Counted from the first letter of the stretch, positions 29,331 to 40,298 are shown. The stretch: 64,000 nucleotides of DNA from Candidatus Latescibacterota bacterium (GCA_965197905.1 CBDAOB010000002.1:192001-256000); one strand, 5' to 3'. The notes: generated from the sequence alone by a model not told the origin. Translations and numbers: made by a program.

Positions 29331-30797
29331 ATGAAAGCTGCCCTCGCCCAGTTCATTTTCGAAACCAACACCTTCGCTCCCTCCGATGCGGAGATCGACG
29401 TCTTCAAGGAGGGCGGGGTCTGGTGCAATACCGAAAGTGGCACGCGAGAGTGGGCGGCTGGAACCAATTCGCAGTTGCAGGGAAGTCTCGAGGTCCTGGA
29501 AGCTGCCGGATGGGAAACCGCCCCTTGCTTTGCGGCCGTTTGCCGTTCGCCCGCCGGGCGCCTCACGATGCGCTGCTTCACCGAGATACGCGAAACCCTA
29601 CTTGTCTGCCTCCGGGCGGCTGCCCCGTTCGATGTGCTGATATTACACCTGCACGGGGCGGCCTGCGCCGTCGGTGAAGACGACACCGAAGGCCACATCC
29701 TGGAGAAGGTGCGTACCGATCTCGGTTTCAAGGGTCTGGTGGTACTGTCGCTCGATCTGCACGCCAACTTCACCCGCCGCATGCTCGAGCATGCCGACGC
29801 GGTTACCGCTTACCACACGTTTCCCCACATGGATTTCAGCGAGACTGGGGAACGGGCGGCAAGGCTGGCACTTCGAGGCGGTACATACACACGCGCGGCG
29901 GCCAAGATCGCTGCCCTCGTCCCGCCCACCGACAGCACTCATTTCGAAGGCCACTTGGCCGATATCTTGGCTCGAGCTCGCGAACTCGAACAGCTGGAAG
30001 AGGTGGTCGACGTTTGCATCCTTCCTGTCCAACCGTGGATGGACATCGAGGAGATGGGATCATCCGTTGTGGTCACCGCGTCCGGTGCGGGGGCGCCGCT
30101 ACCGGAACTCGAGAGATTGGCCAACCAATGGTTCGATCAACGGCACGACTGGGATACGCGCCTCAAGGACTGGCCGACAATCATCGAAACCCTCAAACGC
30201 GGGGACGATCGCCCTCGCGTACTGGTGGATGCGGCGGATGGGACCTCCGGCGGTTCCCCCGGGACTAGCGTTTGGGCGCTGCGGCAACTGCTTCCGGTCA
30301 AGGATGAGCTTCCGGGGAAGGTGTTGCTGTGGGTCGTGTGTCCGGCAACCGTGGAAGCGGCCGCCGAAGGGGCGACTCGATTTGTCACCGGAGATCCATC
30401 GGTTGAGTGGGAAGGGACGGTGTTGTGGACAGGCGAGGGAAATTATCGCGCCCGGGGCAAGGCGTATACGGGGCTCAGCTTCTCGATGGGGAAGGCGGCG
30501 GTGATCGAATCGGGACAGCTGCAATTGGTGGCCTGCACGCTTCCGGCGTTGACGCCTGATCCGGCCTTCTACGAGTGTGTCGGGTTGCGGCCGAATGACG
30601 CGCTCGCTATACAGGCCAAGAGCATGACCGGTTGGATGGCAGGTTTCGAGATGGAATGGGACCGTGGTTTGCCTTTTGACGGCCCCGGCGCCTGCTCGCT
30701 CAATTTCGCCAAGATGCCATTTCGAGGCACTGCAAAGGAGCTCTTCCCAATGAATCAGGAGCCGAAGAATCCGATAGAGACCTGGACACTGGATTGA
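29331..30797 (+). CDS. M81 metallopeptidase (MlrC-like)
   Basis: 'ETNTF', 'LHGA', 'DLHAN', 'PHMD'. Confidence 0.88.
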   Translation: MKAALAQFIFETNTFAPSDAEIDVFKEGGVWCNTESGTREWAAGTNSQLQGSLEVLEAAGWETAPCFAAVCRSPAGRLTMRCFTEIRETLLVCLRAAAPFDVLILHLHGAACAVGEDDTEGHILEKVRTDLGFKGLVVLSLDLHANFTRRMLEHADAVTAYHTFPHMDFSETGERAARLALRGGTYTRAAAKIAALVPPTDSTHFEGHLADILARARELEQLEEVVDVCILPVQPWMDIEEMGSSVVVTASGAGAPLPELERLANQWFDQRHDWDTRLKDWPTIIETLKRGDDRPRVLVDAADGTSGGSPGTSVWALRQLLPVKDELPGKVLLWVVCPATVEAAAEGATRFVTGDPSVEWEGTVLWTGEGNYRARGKAYTGLSFSMGKAAVIESGQLQLVACTLPALTPDPAFYECVGLRPNDALAIQAKSMTGWMAGFEMEWDRGLPFDGPGACSLNFAKMPFRGTAKELFPMNQEPKNPIETWTLD

Positions 30798-30820
30798 TCC
30801 TCCTTGGCACCACCTGGCTT

Positions 30821-32234
30821 CTAGCTGCGAGCTACCTCTTCCAACAGCGACAGCGTCTCCCCGACGATGATGCCGGCGGCATCGGGACTGAACGGCGTGA
30901 CTTCCACCTCGTACCCGCCCAAGGGGTAGGGCTTCGGCCACTGGAATATACGCCCAGCCCACGTTGGAGTAGCCTGAAAACAGGGTGTGCTCGATCGGCG
31001 ATTGCTTTTTGATCTGCAAGCCGATCTCGACAAACGGCTCACCAGGAATCGCGGCCAGCGCGATCTTCGCACCGATCGCAAAGACCTGGGCTTCGAAGGT
31101 GCGATGGGTCTGTCCCCGCAGCTCCCGCGCCATGTCCGCCCGCATCTTAACTCGTTTGGCTTGCATGGTTGCCTGAATCAGCGCCTCGTCGCCGGCCGCA
31201 GCTTTCCGCAGCTCGTCCAGCCGTTTGACATGTGCGGCCAGATCGGCCTCAAGCGGTTCGTGGTCGGGCAGCTCTTTGATGGGAAGCTGCATGGACCTCG
31301 CGCCAACACGTATTCCAACGTCATCTTCCTCGATCGACTCTTCTTCGTAGACAGCCAGCGGTGCGCCTGATTCCAGGGTGGTGATGTAGCGCTCCTTTCG
31401 CGGCGGGACCTCGAGCTCCCACCAGACCCGGCTCGCTTCATGCCCGAGGATGGCACCCAGTCGCTCGTACTCATCCAACCCATGACGAGCAACGCCACGG
31501 ATGGGGCCGACGTCCCCGGCGGCACCCTGCAGAAACAGACACGTCGCTCCCGTCGCCTCTTCCACAACCCGCTTGGCAACACCCGGGTAATCGGGGGTAA
31601 TCAGATCGCAGTCCGGTCCCACTGTGATAGGGTGGCAGGCGTAGTTGACAATGGCAGCCAGCGGCTGACCGGACAGATCATCTATGCGAACGAGTCGTAC
31701 TTCGGGATCGGTGGGGCCATCCCCATTGCGTCCCACGACGATGACACCATCCTCCGGACGTCGAAAGCGACGGTTGATGCTTATGTGGCAGGAGCCGCTG
31801 CCAGCAGCAACCCGAGCCGGGGCCAGATTCTGCATGGCCTCTCGGGCAACACCTGCAATGCGGTGGGGTAGACTCCGGTCATATGATTCGACCATCTCTG
31901 CCCCTTCGGTAAACCAGGAAGACCAGCCGTTGCCAGTGACCGGTCCGGAGTGGGTGTGGGTGTAACTCAGCCGGATGTGGGATTGCGTCAGATCGGTCAG
32001 CTCGACGACGGCCTGCTGAACGTTATTGGCTTCGGGTTCCCATAGATAGATCAGGTCGATGTCAATGATGACAACGGTTTCGCTGCCGTCACTCAGCGCC
32101 AGTGCCGTCGCCCACAACGGGAGATCGATGCCAGCCGCCCGTTGGTGGGTCTGGGCGCCCCAGCCGGCATGGGCGATACCCGAGGGAGGCGTGATATCGA
32201 TACGGGCGACGCCGGCGGCTAGTTGCGGTTTCAA
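30821..32234 (-). pseudogene. Neutral/alkaline ceramidase N-terminal-like hydrolase, frameshifted at ~30930
   Basis: 'DITPP', 'THTHSGP', 'YACHP', 'DYPG', 'QGAAGD', 'PGEPF'; removing one C restores 'AEAYPLGGYEVEVT...' ending at 30821; TTG start overlaps upstream TGA. Confidence 0.8.
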
Positions 32235-32911
32235 AAGTAGATCCACTCCTCGCCCTGCGGATACCGCCACCAGTAGGATTCATCGTTGGTGGCGCGCCAC
32301 TGCTCGAACTGCTGCCGGGGTGTACTCGCGCGGCGCGACTCCTCGCCCTGATGCCACATCCACATTCGAAAGACCTGCGCCATCGCCTCCACCGAGAACT
32401 GTTCGAATTGTTCCTCCGCACGTTTCCGCTCGTCGGTTGAGAAGGTGCTCATCACCCTCTCGATGCTCTCGGCGGTCATATCCTGAAACGCTTGAGGGGT
32501 GTCGGTATCACATCCCTGGACTCGTCGCAGCGCCACTTTGAAAACGACAAGCGGCGTCTCGCCTGGCCGTTTTCCCTCCTTCTCGCCGGGTGGCGGATCG
32601 ATGAAATCGCGACGGAACGCGGCGAGATTTTCGGTCGCGGTTTGCTGGCGGGTGCTACTATATTCCTTGCCCTGTGCGAAGAGGCCCGCAGCATACACCT
32701 CGGCGAGGCGTCGCGCGATGAAACTGGCATTCAGAACCGAAAACTGGTTGATGTAACTCATCAGCCGCTCTCGTTCCATGACGGTAAATCCGTCCATCAC
32801 TTGCTTTGCGCTCTCGCGGAAGAGCGCATTCCATTCCGGATCGGGCGTCGCCCTGGCCAGGTAGGCCTCCAAGGCGGCGTCGAGGTGGTAGGTTGCTCCG
32901 CTTTCGAGCAT
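32231..32911 (-). CDS. Hypothetical helical protein with internal two-fold repeat
   Basis: GGAGG SD; operonic position between the oxidoreductase and the ceramidase-like gene. Confidence 0.65.
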   Translation of the reverse strand: MLESGATYHLDAALEAYLARATPDPEWNALFRESAKQVMDGFTVMERERLMSYINQFSVLNASFIARRLAEVYAAGLFAQGKEYSSTRQQTATENLAAFRRDFIDPPPGEKEGKRPGETPLVVFKVALRRVQGCDTDTPQAFQDMTAESIERVMSTFSTDERKRAEEQFEQFSVEAMAQVFRMWMWHQGEESRRASTPRQQFEQWRATNDESYWWRYPQGEEWIYF

Positions 32912-32929
32912 CTGACCTCCCTCCCGTAA

Positions 32930-34309
32930 CTATTCCAGGGGTTCCAGGTTCTGGAGGACGGTGGGGATAAGTTCCGCCACGGTAGGATGGATGTGAACCG
33001 CGCGGGAGACGACGGTGTAAGGAAGCTTCGCGTACATTGCCGTCAGCAACGTGTGCACGACCTCGTCACCACCAATCCCCAGGATCGCGGCACCGAGAAT
33101 TTCCTCGGAGTCACCGTCCACTAGGATCTTGATGAAACCATCTGTCTCGCTGCGCTCACGGGCGCGACCAACGTTGGACATCATGCGTTTGCCGACTAGG
33201 ACTCGTCGCCCGGACTCGCGCGCTTGCTGTTCCGTAATGCCGACGCGACCGAGGGGCGGATCGACGAACAGACCGTAACAGAGAATGCGATCGCTGGCAC
33301 GCCGTGGATCGTCGTCGAACAGGTTGGCAGCGACGATCTCGTAGTCGTTGTACGAGGTGTGGGTGAAAGCGCCTCTGCCGTTGCAGTCACCCATCGCCCA
33401 GATACCCGGCACATTGGTACGCAGCTCATCATCGACCCGCACGAAACCCCGGTCATCGACTTCGACGCCAGCCTTCTCCAGACCCAGGTCTGCCGTGTTG
33501 GGGACGCGACCAATCGCCAACAGCACGTGAGAACCGACGACGTCAGGGGGGCCCTCCTTGCACAAAACTCCCGCAGCGATCGCATCGCTCTGCTTCGCAA
33601 AGCTAATGCACTCCGCGTTGAGCCGGACGTGAATACCCTCGCTCTCAAGAATCTCCCTGACCGATTCGGACACGTCTTCGTCATCCCGTCCGATGAGCCG
33701 ATCACCTCTATCAACCACCGTCACCTGGCTGCCGAAACGGCGGTAGATCTGGGCAAACTCCAGGCCGATGTAGCTGCCGCCGATGATGATTAGATGCTCG
33801 GGCAGGAAATCCACCTCCATCATGCTCGAGTTGGTGAGATAGTCAATCTCCTCCAGCCCCGGCATCTCGGGAGTCAATGCCCGCGTTCCAACGTTCAGGA
33901 AGATCTTGTCCGCTTCGAGTAGCTGCTCGTTGACCCGGACAGTCGTGGCTCCTTCGAACCGTCCGTGACCTCGGTAAACCGTCACGTTGGGGGTGCCCTC
34001 AAGCCATTGCTCGACGCCTTCGGTGGACGGGCGGACAATGTCGTCCTTGCGCGCCTTTACACGCTTCATGTCGACGCTGACGTGTGCCTCGAGCTCTACC
34101 CCGAAGTCCGCAGCACGACGGGCCACGTGCGCCGCTCGCGCGCTCGCAACCAGCGCCTTGGTGGGTGTGCAGCCGACATTGACACACGTGCCTCCGAACC
34201 GCTCTCGCTCGAGCACTGCCGTCTTCATCCCCTCTTCGGCCAGCCGGTCCGCAAGAGAAGGTCCTGACTGGCCCGTGCCGATGACGATCGCGTCGTATCT
34301 CTCTGCCAT
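32930..34309 (-). CDS. FAD-dependent pyridine nucleotide-disulfide oxidoreductase (MerA/RclA/Lpd-like, no MerA Cys pair)
   Basis: 'GTGQSG', 'GGTCVNVGC', 'GGSYIG.E', 'GD', C-terminal 'HPT..E'. Confidence 0.9.
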   Translation of the reverse strand: MAERYDAIVIGTGQSGPSLADRLAEEGMKTAVLERERFGGTCVNVGCTPTKALVASARAAHVARRAADFGVELEAHVSVDMKRVKARKDDIVRPSTEGVEQWLEGTPNVTVYRGHGRFEGATTVRVNEQLLEADKIFLNVGTRALTPEMPGLEEIDYLTNSSMMEVDFLPEHLIIIGGSYIGLEFAQIYRRFGSQVTVVDRGDRLIGRDDEDVSESVREILESEGIHVRLNAECISFAKQSDAIAAGVLCKEGPPDVVGSHVLLAIGRVPNTADLGLEKAGVEVDDRGFVRVDDELRTNVPGIWAMGDCNGRGAFTHTSYNDYEIVAANLFDDDPRRASDRILCYGLFVDPPLGRVGITEQQARESGRRVLVGKRMMSNVGRARERSETDGFIKILVDGDSEEILGAAILGIGGDEVVHTLLTAMYAKLPYTVVSRAVHIHPTVAELIPTVLQNLEPLE

Positions 34310-34560
34310 GACGGATTCTCCCAATTCTCAGGCTACAAATGCAAGGTTAATTATCCACGTCTAATGACAGCGCTGAACCTACCAGATCTTCCTGGTGCAT
34401 GTTCACTGCCTCGATATATTGACGATTACTAGTGCCACCTTGGTTCCGCCTCCGAGCTTGTGGATACCGGCGGAGGCGAACACCAAGATACAACATCAAA
34501 AAGGAATAGCGACTCTATCGCGAATTTGACTGAGGAGCACCATGGATCAAGGAGAGCTCT

Positions 34561-35683
34561 GTGATCAACACTCAGACGGACGTTGTCGGTAGTCTGCTGC
34601 GTCCGCCGTATCTGCTGCAGGCTCGTCAGAAGCTGACCCGGGGCGCCATATCCAGCAGCGACTTCAAAAAGATCGAGGACCGCGCCGTGGACGAGGCCGT
34701 TTTTCTGCAGGAGGAGGCGGGTCTTGCCGTAGTCACTGACGGCGAGATGCGTCGCCTGTCCTTTCAGAGCCAGTTGCCGGAGGCAGTCGACGGCTTCGGC
34801 AGCTTTGACCTGGACGCCTTTTTGTGGGGCGACTGGCGCGGTGGGGACATGGACGACAAGAGCATCGCGCGCCCGCAACGGCTCGGTGTGGTTGACCGCC
34901 TCAGGCGGCGGCGTAGTCTGTGCGCCGAGGAGCTGACCTATCTCAGGAGTCGCACGGAGCGCATCGCTAAGGTTAGCCTGCCCAGCCCCAGCTTGTGGGC
35001 TAACTTCTGGTCGGCAGAGCTCTCCGGCCATGTCTATCCAACCCTAGATTCCTTTCTCGCCGATGTAACCGCCATCCTGCGCGACGAAGTCGACGAGCTG
35101 GTGCGCCTCGGCGCCACCTACATTCAGCTGGACGCGCCGCATTACCCGCTGTTGCTGGACGAACAGACCCGCGCCTTCTACGAGTCGCGCGGCTGGACAC
35201 TGGAGCGCTGGCTGTCGGCCGGTATCGAGCTCGATAACGCTGTAGTAGCGGGGTTTGCCGAGCGGGGTGTGACCTTCGGTATGCACCTGTGCCGGGGGAA
35301 CCAGGGGAGCCGCTGGCTGGTGGGGCGACTACGAGGGCATAGCCCGGCACATCTTTGGTGCCGTCGACGTGCAGCGACTGCTACTGGAGTACGACGACGA
35401 CCGCTCGGGCGGCTTCGAATCGCTGCGCCACGTACCTGCCGACCGAACAGTCGTACTAGGGCTGGTAACGACGAAGAGCGGCCGGCTCGAATCGACAGAC
35501 GATTTGACCGCCCGCATTCGCGATGCTGGCCGATTTTTTCCTCTCGAGCAACTCGCTCTCAGCCCCCAGTGCGGCTTCGCCAGCTCCGTGGTCGGCAACC
35601 AATTGTCCGCCGACGAACAGCGCGACAAGCTGCGCCTGGTGACTCAGACGGCCGCCGCCGTATGGGCGGATCTGGAGTCCTGA
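34561..35683 (+). pseudogene. Cobalamin-independent methionine synthase II (single-barrel MetE-like), frameshifted at ~35323
   Basis: 'VGSLLRP', 'TDGEMRR', 'HLCRGN'; then in a shifted frame 'LEYD..R.G.F', 'SPQCGFAS'. Confidence 0.85.
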
Positions 35684-35715
35684 CGGCACCAGTTTCTGGT
35701 CCTGGCGGTAACCCG

Positions 35716-37203
35716 TTAGAAAACGGCTCCCGTGGAAACCCGCAGGCGCCTGCGAATCACCTGGGAAACCGTGTCGATTCCTATGTTGAGGATCGCTGTT
35801 ATGAGGATCAGAAAAACAGCTTTGTCGGCTTTGTCGTCGGCTATGGCGCTGTCGATGAAGAAGCCGAGCGTGTAGATGCCGAGAATACCGAGGATCGCCG
35901 ATTCGCGCATCATCACCTCCCAACGGTAGAACAGAAGGGCGAGGAACTGGCCATACACCCGCGGCAGGATTTCGAAAAAAAAGCGGTTGGCTTTCTTCAC
36001 CGACCCGTCCATGCGTAGCTGTAGCAGGTTGGCTTTCTGACCGATCAGGTGGGAGAGAATGGCGCCGTTGTGCAGCATGATGGCCAGAATGGCGGGCAGC
36101 ATGGACGGTCCCCACAGCTGCAGGAAAGCGTAAGCCAGGATATACTCGGGAGTGGTGCGCATGACGATGAGGAATAAATGGGAGAACCCGCGGAATCGGC
36201 GCCGCCGGACAAGATGACGGCAAACCGCTCCGAAGAACACGAGAGTAAATAGCCCGGTACCGACCAGCACGACCTGGGTCAGTACCACCGTGTTCCATAT
36301 GCCCGGCAACGCCTCGTTCCGTGCGATCTCCACGCCCCACTCCCACACCCCGGCCAACGACAGGGAGATATCGCCACTGCCGTCGAGGAAACCGTCGCGA
36401 CGCATGGGCCAGGGCAGGATCTCGTATCCCAGAAAGCGCTTGATATTAACCCAGGAGATATTGATCCGTGTCGAGATCAGCGCAAAAGACGCGGCCACGT
36501 AGAGGAGCACGAGCTTTGGTTTGACGCAAAAGCGGAGCGAGGCGATGAGCAGATAGAAGACGTAGAGCAGAATCGCCGCTTCGGCGTAGAGTCCTTCCCT
36601 GAAGGCGGTCTCGAGATGGAACCCCAAAGTAGGAAGACCGATGAAGCCGAGGATAGCCGACGATCGCAGGGCGCACTCCAGCCGATAGGACGTGTACTGC
36701 TTCACCTCGCTGTAGATTACGGGCAAAACGCCGTAGAAGAAACGGCTGAGGAGCCCGGTATGCAGCGGCAAGCCCTTGACGGGTGTCTGATCGGCCTCCT
36801 GCAGGATCTCGGCGTAGACCTTGGCGAAGACCCCGGCGTAGGGAATGCCGATGGCCAGCACACCGCACATCGGGTTGAGACCCACCACCGGTAGGAAGAG
36901 AAAAGCCCAAAAAATCTCGTGAATAGCGCGGATAAAATTGCAAAACAGGCGCACGGCAGTGAACCGAAAGAAGAGCGCCAGGACACTGCCCATGCTCACG
37001 CCCAGAGCAATGCCGCAAAAGGCAAAGGTCACCGTATTTAGCAACGCCTCGCGAACCGTGTAGAGAATCTGCACGTCCGGACTCAAGAAACCGGCAGCGA
37101 TGCGGCGCATCTCGCTCCAGGGCTCGAGAGCCGGCACCTCGATGTCGGCAAGCGCGAGACATACAAGCGCGATAGCTAGGAACGACAGACTCACTCGGAG
37201 CAT
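35716..37203 (-). CDS. PhnE/PtxC-like ABC permease (duplicated domain)
   Basis: 'RAIHEIFWA', 'YRLECALRSSAILGFIG' and a second 'YRWEV..RESAILG..G'. Confidence 0.88.
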   Translation of the reverse strand: MLRVSLSFLAIALVCLALADIEVPALEPWSEMRRIAAGFLSPDVQILYTVREALLNTVTFAFCGIALGVSMGSVLALFFRFTAVRLFCNFIRAIHEIFWAFLFLPVVGLNPMCGVLAIGIPYAGVFAKVYAEILQEADQTPVKGLPLHTGLLSRFFYGVLPVIYSEVKQYTSYRLECALRSSAILGFIGLPTLGFHLETAFREGLYAEAAILLYVFYLLIASLRFCVKPKLVLLYVAASFALISTRINISWVNIKRFLGYEILPWPMRRDGFLDGSGDISLSLAGVWEWGVEIARNEALPGIWNTVVLTQVVLVGTGLFTLVFFGAVCRHLVRRRRFRGFSHLFLIVMRTTPEYILAYAFLQLWGPSMLPAILAIMLHNGAILSHLIGQKANLLQLRMDGSVKKANRFFFEILPRVYGQFLALLFYRWEVMMRESAILGILGIYTLGFFIDSAIADDKADKAVFLILITAILNIGIDTVSQVIRRRLRVSTGAVF

Positions 37204-37242
37204 GTGTTTAGGTGGGTGTCGGCGTGGGCGTCCGGGAGGCGC

Positions 37243-37896
37243 TTAGTCTCGGCGATAGAGCTCGACCAGCGTATCCTCACCCACTTCCTCTGAGGGTAGA
37301 TCCAGCACCACACTGCCTTCGCGCAGGCCGATTATGCGAGGAAAGGTAGCCAGTGCCAGCTGCACATCGTGCATGGCGAGCACGACGGTGTCGGCACTCT
37401 TCTTGATAACGCCCAGCAGCCCGCCTGCCTGGTGGGGATCGATGGCGGAGACCGGTTCGTCGCCCAGAATGATGCTGCTCTGGCGATAGATGGCGCGCCC
37501 CACCGCGATACGCTGCTGCTGGCCGCCCGACAGCGTGTCCACCCGAGCGAATATCTTGTCCTCCATGCCGATGGCTCGGAAGACAGGTGTAATGCTCGCC
37601 AAGGCCCGCTTCTGGGGTCTGACGAGATTTTGCAGATTCTGGGCGACCGAGTTCTGGTCGAGACGTCCGGCGTAGACATTGTGAAACGCCGACAGCTGCG
37701 GTACCAGGGCGTAGTCCTGGTGGATGAAGGCGGACTGGCTTGATCGCAGCGCGTAGAGCTTCTTCAGAAGAGTCGATTTGCCGGCGCCGCTGGCGCCGAT
37801 GATGACGACCTTCTCACCTTCGCGGATGCGCAGCGAGATGTCTTCCAGGACCGGCGTATCGTCATAGCCGACGCTGACATTCTCGAGGTCGTACAT
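37243..37896 (-). CDS. PhnC-like ABC ATPase
   Basis: Walker A 'GASGAGKS', 'LSGGQQQR', 'DEP'. Confidence 0.92.
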   Translation of the reverse strand: MYDLENVSVGYDDTPVLEDISLRIREGEKVVIIGASGAGKSTLLKKLYALRSSQSAFIHQDYALVPQLSAFHNVYAGRLDQNSVAQNLQNLVRPQKRALASITPVFRAIGMEDKIFARVDTLSGGQQQRIAVGRAIYRQSSIILGDEPVSAIDPHQAGGLLGVIKKSADTVVLAMHDVQLALATFPRIIGLREGSVVLDLPSEEVGEDTLVELYRRD

Positions 37897-37910
37897 CCAC
37901 CCACCGTTCG

Positions 37911-38780
37911 TTATTGGTCGAGAACGCCTATGGCCGTACCGATCTCGAGTATTGGGGCGTACATCGAGTTATCGGCGGCGATGAAACTAGTACGCGGAAA
38001 GGAATCGAGGAGCTCCCGTTCCCTCATGCCTATAAACGCCTGTCGCACCTTATCGGTGAACCCGACGCCGTATCTATCGTCGACGTCACCCCTGATGCTC
38101 CAGTTGTAGTCGGGATAGGTAGGGGTGCTCCAGATTATCTTGACCCTCGTAGAGTCGACCTTGCCCGCTTTCACCTCATTCTCCCACACTTTGTAGTTCA
38201 AGGCGCCTACTTCGTAACTGCCGGACTGCACGAGAGCCAGCGTCTTTGAATGGTCGCCGCTGAAGCCGACGCGCTTGAACACCTGATCAGGAGCCTTATC
38301 GAAATGCTTGCGAATGTAGTACTCGGGCATCAACCTGCCCGAGGTCGAGCCCTTTGAGCCGAATGTGAAGGTATGCCCCGCGATGGCCGCCGGGAACGAC
38401 TGGGAGGCGTCTAACCCTGTCGAAGTGTTGGCGATGAAGTAGGTGACGAACCGCTGGTCTTCCTCCCCCTGCGCGATGGCCACGGAACCGGGCACCGAGC
38501 GTCGCGCTTTGACGCCGGCAAGGCCGCCGAACCAGGCCAGCTGAACTTCGTTGTTCTTGAATGCCGCGACGGCTGCCGCATATGACTTCACCGGAACATA
38601 CTCCATGGCGACGCCCGTTTTCTGAGACAAATAAACGGCCACCTTGTCGAAACGCTCCTTGAGGCGCGCCGTGTTCTCGTCGGGTATGGCCGTGAAGCGA
38701 AACCTCTCCTCTGCCCCCAGCGCGGGCGCGACGAAAAGCAATAGACAAACGACCAGAGATTTGACGATCGGCGAATTCAA
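37911..38780 (-). CDS. PhnD-family periplasmic binding protein, putative selenate ABC transporter type
   Basis: 'FTAIPD', 'LAWFGGL', 'FGSKGSTSGRLMP', 'GFSGDH', 'YPDY.W'; TTG start after AAGGAG. Confidence 0.85.
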   Translation of the reverse strand: MNSPIVKSLVVCLLLFVAPALGAEERFRFTAIPDENTARLKERFDKVAVYLSQKTGVAMEYVPVKSYAAAVAAFKNNEVQLAWFGGLAGVKARRSVPGSVAIAQGEEDQRFVTYFIANTSTGLDASQSFPAAIAGHTFTFGSKGSTSGRLMPEYYIRKHFDKAPDQVFKRVGFSGDHSKTLALVQSGSYEVGALNYKVWENEVKAGKVDSTRVKIIWSTPTYPDYNWSIRGDVDDRYGVGFTDKVRQAFIGMRERELLDSFPRTSFIAADNSMYAPILEIGTAIGVLDQ

Positions 38781-38919
38781 GAATGACTCCTTATGAACGA
38801 TGGCCGTAGGCGAATGCAACTTTGATGCTTGCCAGCCCGTTTCTACACGAATTCTAGATGATCCAATCGCGGGAAATTAACCGTGTGCCCCGACCGCCGC
38901 AAGACGCCGGTTGCGGCGC

Positions 38920-38948
38920 TTGATCGCGCTGTAGCCGCGCGTTATACT
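38920..38948 (+). promoter_or_regulatory. Sigma70-like promoter for senA-senB
   Basis: TTGATC-N17-TATACT, 45 bp upstream of ATG 38994. Confidence 0.6.
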
Positions 38949-38993
38949 GGCTTTTCGGACGCTAAGTTCAGGACCCTATTTGCCCGGAACAAG

Positions 38994-40298
38994 ATGGATA
39001 TCACGGCAGTTGCTTCGGTACCGCAGTTGCGCGAGTGGGTCGAGGATGCACGCCAGCGCACCTTCGAGCTCGTTGGTGATCTGACCGACGAACAGCTCAT
39101 GGGCCCGCAACTCTCCGTCGTCAACCCCGGATTGTGGGAGATGGGGCACCACGCCTGGTTCCAGTCGTTCTGGACGCTGCGGCATGCCGGTGGACAGCCG
39201 CCGGTGCTCGACGACGAGGACGCGTTATACGACTCGATGGCCGTCGCCCACGACAGTCGTTGGGACCTTCCCCTGCCGAGCCGCGAGGAGACGGTGGCCT
39301 ACATGCGCGAGGTGCAGAGCCGCGTGCTCGCGCTTCTCGACGACGAGCCTTCAGACGAGCTGCTCTATCATGCTTTATACAGCACGTTGCACGAGGACAT
39401 GCATACTGAGGCGATTACCTATACGCGACAGACGCACGGCTATCCGGCGCCACGCCTGGCCGTCACTTTGGCAGACCACCCGGCTGAAGGCGGCACTCTG
39501 CCCGGCGATGCGGAGGTGCCGGGTGGCGCCTTTATGCTGGGCTCGACACAGGACGAACCCTTCGTCTTCGACAACGAGAAGTGGGCTCACCGGGTTGAGC
39601 TGCAGCCTTTCCGCATCGCCAGGGTCGCGGTGACTCAGGCCGAGTACGCCACCTTCATCGACGATGGTGGCTATGCCAAGCAGCCGTACTGGAGCGACGC
39701 CGGGTGGAAATGGCGCTGCGAAGCGGGCGCCGAAGGCCATGTGTATTTCGGAAAAAACGCCAACGGTGTCTGGCAGCGGCGCCACTTCGATCGGTGGGTC
39801 GATCTCGAGCCGCACCGCGCCGTCATCCACGTGAACTGGTACGAAGCGGACGCCTATTGCAGCTGGGCGGGCAGACGGCTGCCCACCGAGGCGGAGTGGG
39901 AGGCGGCGGCGGTGGCCGATGTCTCGGGCGGAACACTGGGCGAACGCGTCGGGACATTTCCATGGGGTGACACCAAGCCAGATCGCGACAAGGCCAACCT
40001 CGACTGGCAGAGCATGGGAACCATCGACGTGGGTGCGCTGCCGGCCGGCGACAGCCCCTGCGGCTGCCGTCAAATGATCGGCAATGTGTGGGAGTGGACC
40101 GACACGGACTTCAAACCTTTTCCCGGCTTCGTCCCGGATCCGTATGCGGCGTATTCGGAACCTTGGTTCGACACCCGCAAGGTTATGCGCGGCGGCTGCT
40201 GGACAACGCGCTCCCGGCTGATTCGCACCAATTACCGCAACTTCCAGACACCCGACCGCCGCGACGTACTCACGGGTTTTCGAACCTGCGCCCTGTAG
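38994..40298 (+). CDS. senA: Selenoneine synthase SenA (EgtB-like; DinB + FGE-sulfatase domains)
   Basis: 'NPGLWEMGH', iron motif 'HEDMHTE' (HxxxHxE), 'RLPTEAEWE', 'GNVWEW', 'GFR'; directly upstream of senB. Confidence 0.85.
   Translation: MDITAVASVPQLREWVEDARQRTFELVGDLTDEQLMGPQLSVVNPGLWEMGHHAWFQSFWTLRHAGGQPPVLDDEDALYDSMAVAHDSRWDLPLPSREETVAYMREVQSRVLALLDDEPSDELLYHALYSTLHEDMHTEAITYTRQTHGYPAPRLAVTLADHPAEGGTLPGDAEVPGGAFMLGSTQDEPFVFDNEKWAHRVELQPFRIARVAVTQAEYATFIDDGGYAKQPYWSDAGWKWRCEAGAEGHVYFGKNANGVWQRRHFDRWVDLEPHRAVIHVNWYEADAYCSWAGRRLPTEAEWEAAAVADVSGGTLGERVGTFPWGDTKPDRDKANLDWQSMGTIDVGALPAGDSPCGCRQMIGNVWEWTDTDFKPFPGFVPDPYAAYSEPWFDTRKVMRGGCWTTRSRLIRTNYRNFQTPDRRDVLTGFRTCAL

Noticed and set aside
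30099..30930. 723-aa ORF 30099..32270 as a real long protein overlapping mlrC
   Set aside because: The C-terminal extension results from the frameshift at ~30930; the family-like C-terminus is in another frame and ends at 30821.
32930..34309. Mercuric reductase merA
   Set aside because: No N-terminal metal-binding domain, no C-terminal Cys-Cys, no mer neighbours.
35323..36018. 485-aa MetE-like ORF running into the permease
   Set aside because: Out-of-frame tail; the conserved C-terminal half lies in the 35369..35683 frame.
35716..38780. Phosphonate utilisation (phn) operon
   Set aside because: No C-P lyase or ptxD genes; context and binding-protein signature point to the selenium-associated subfamily.
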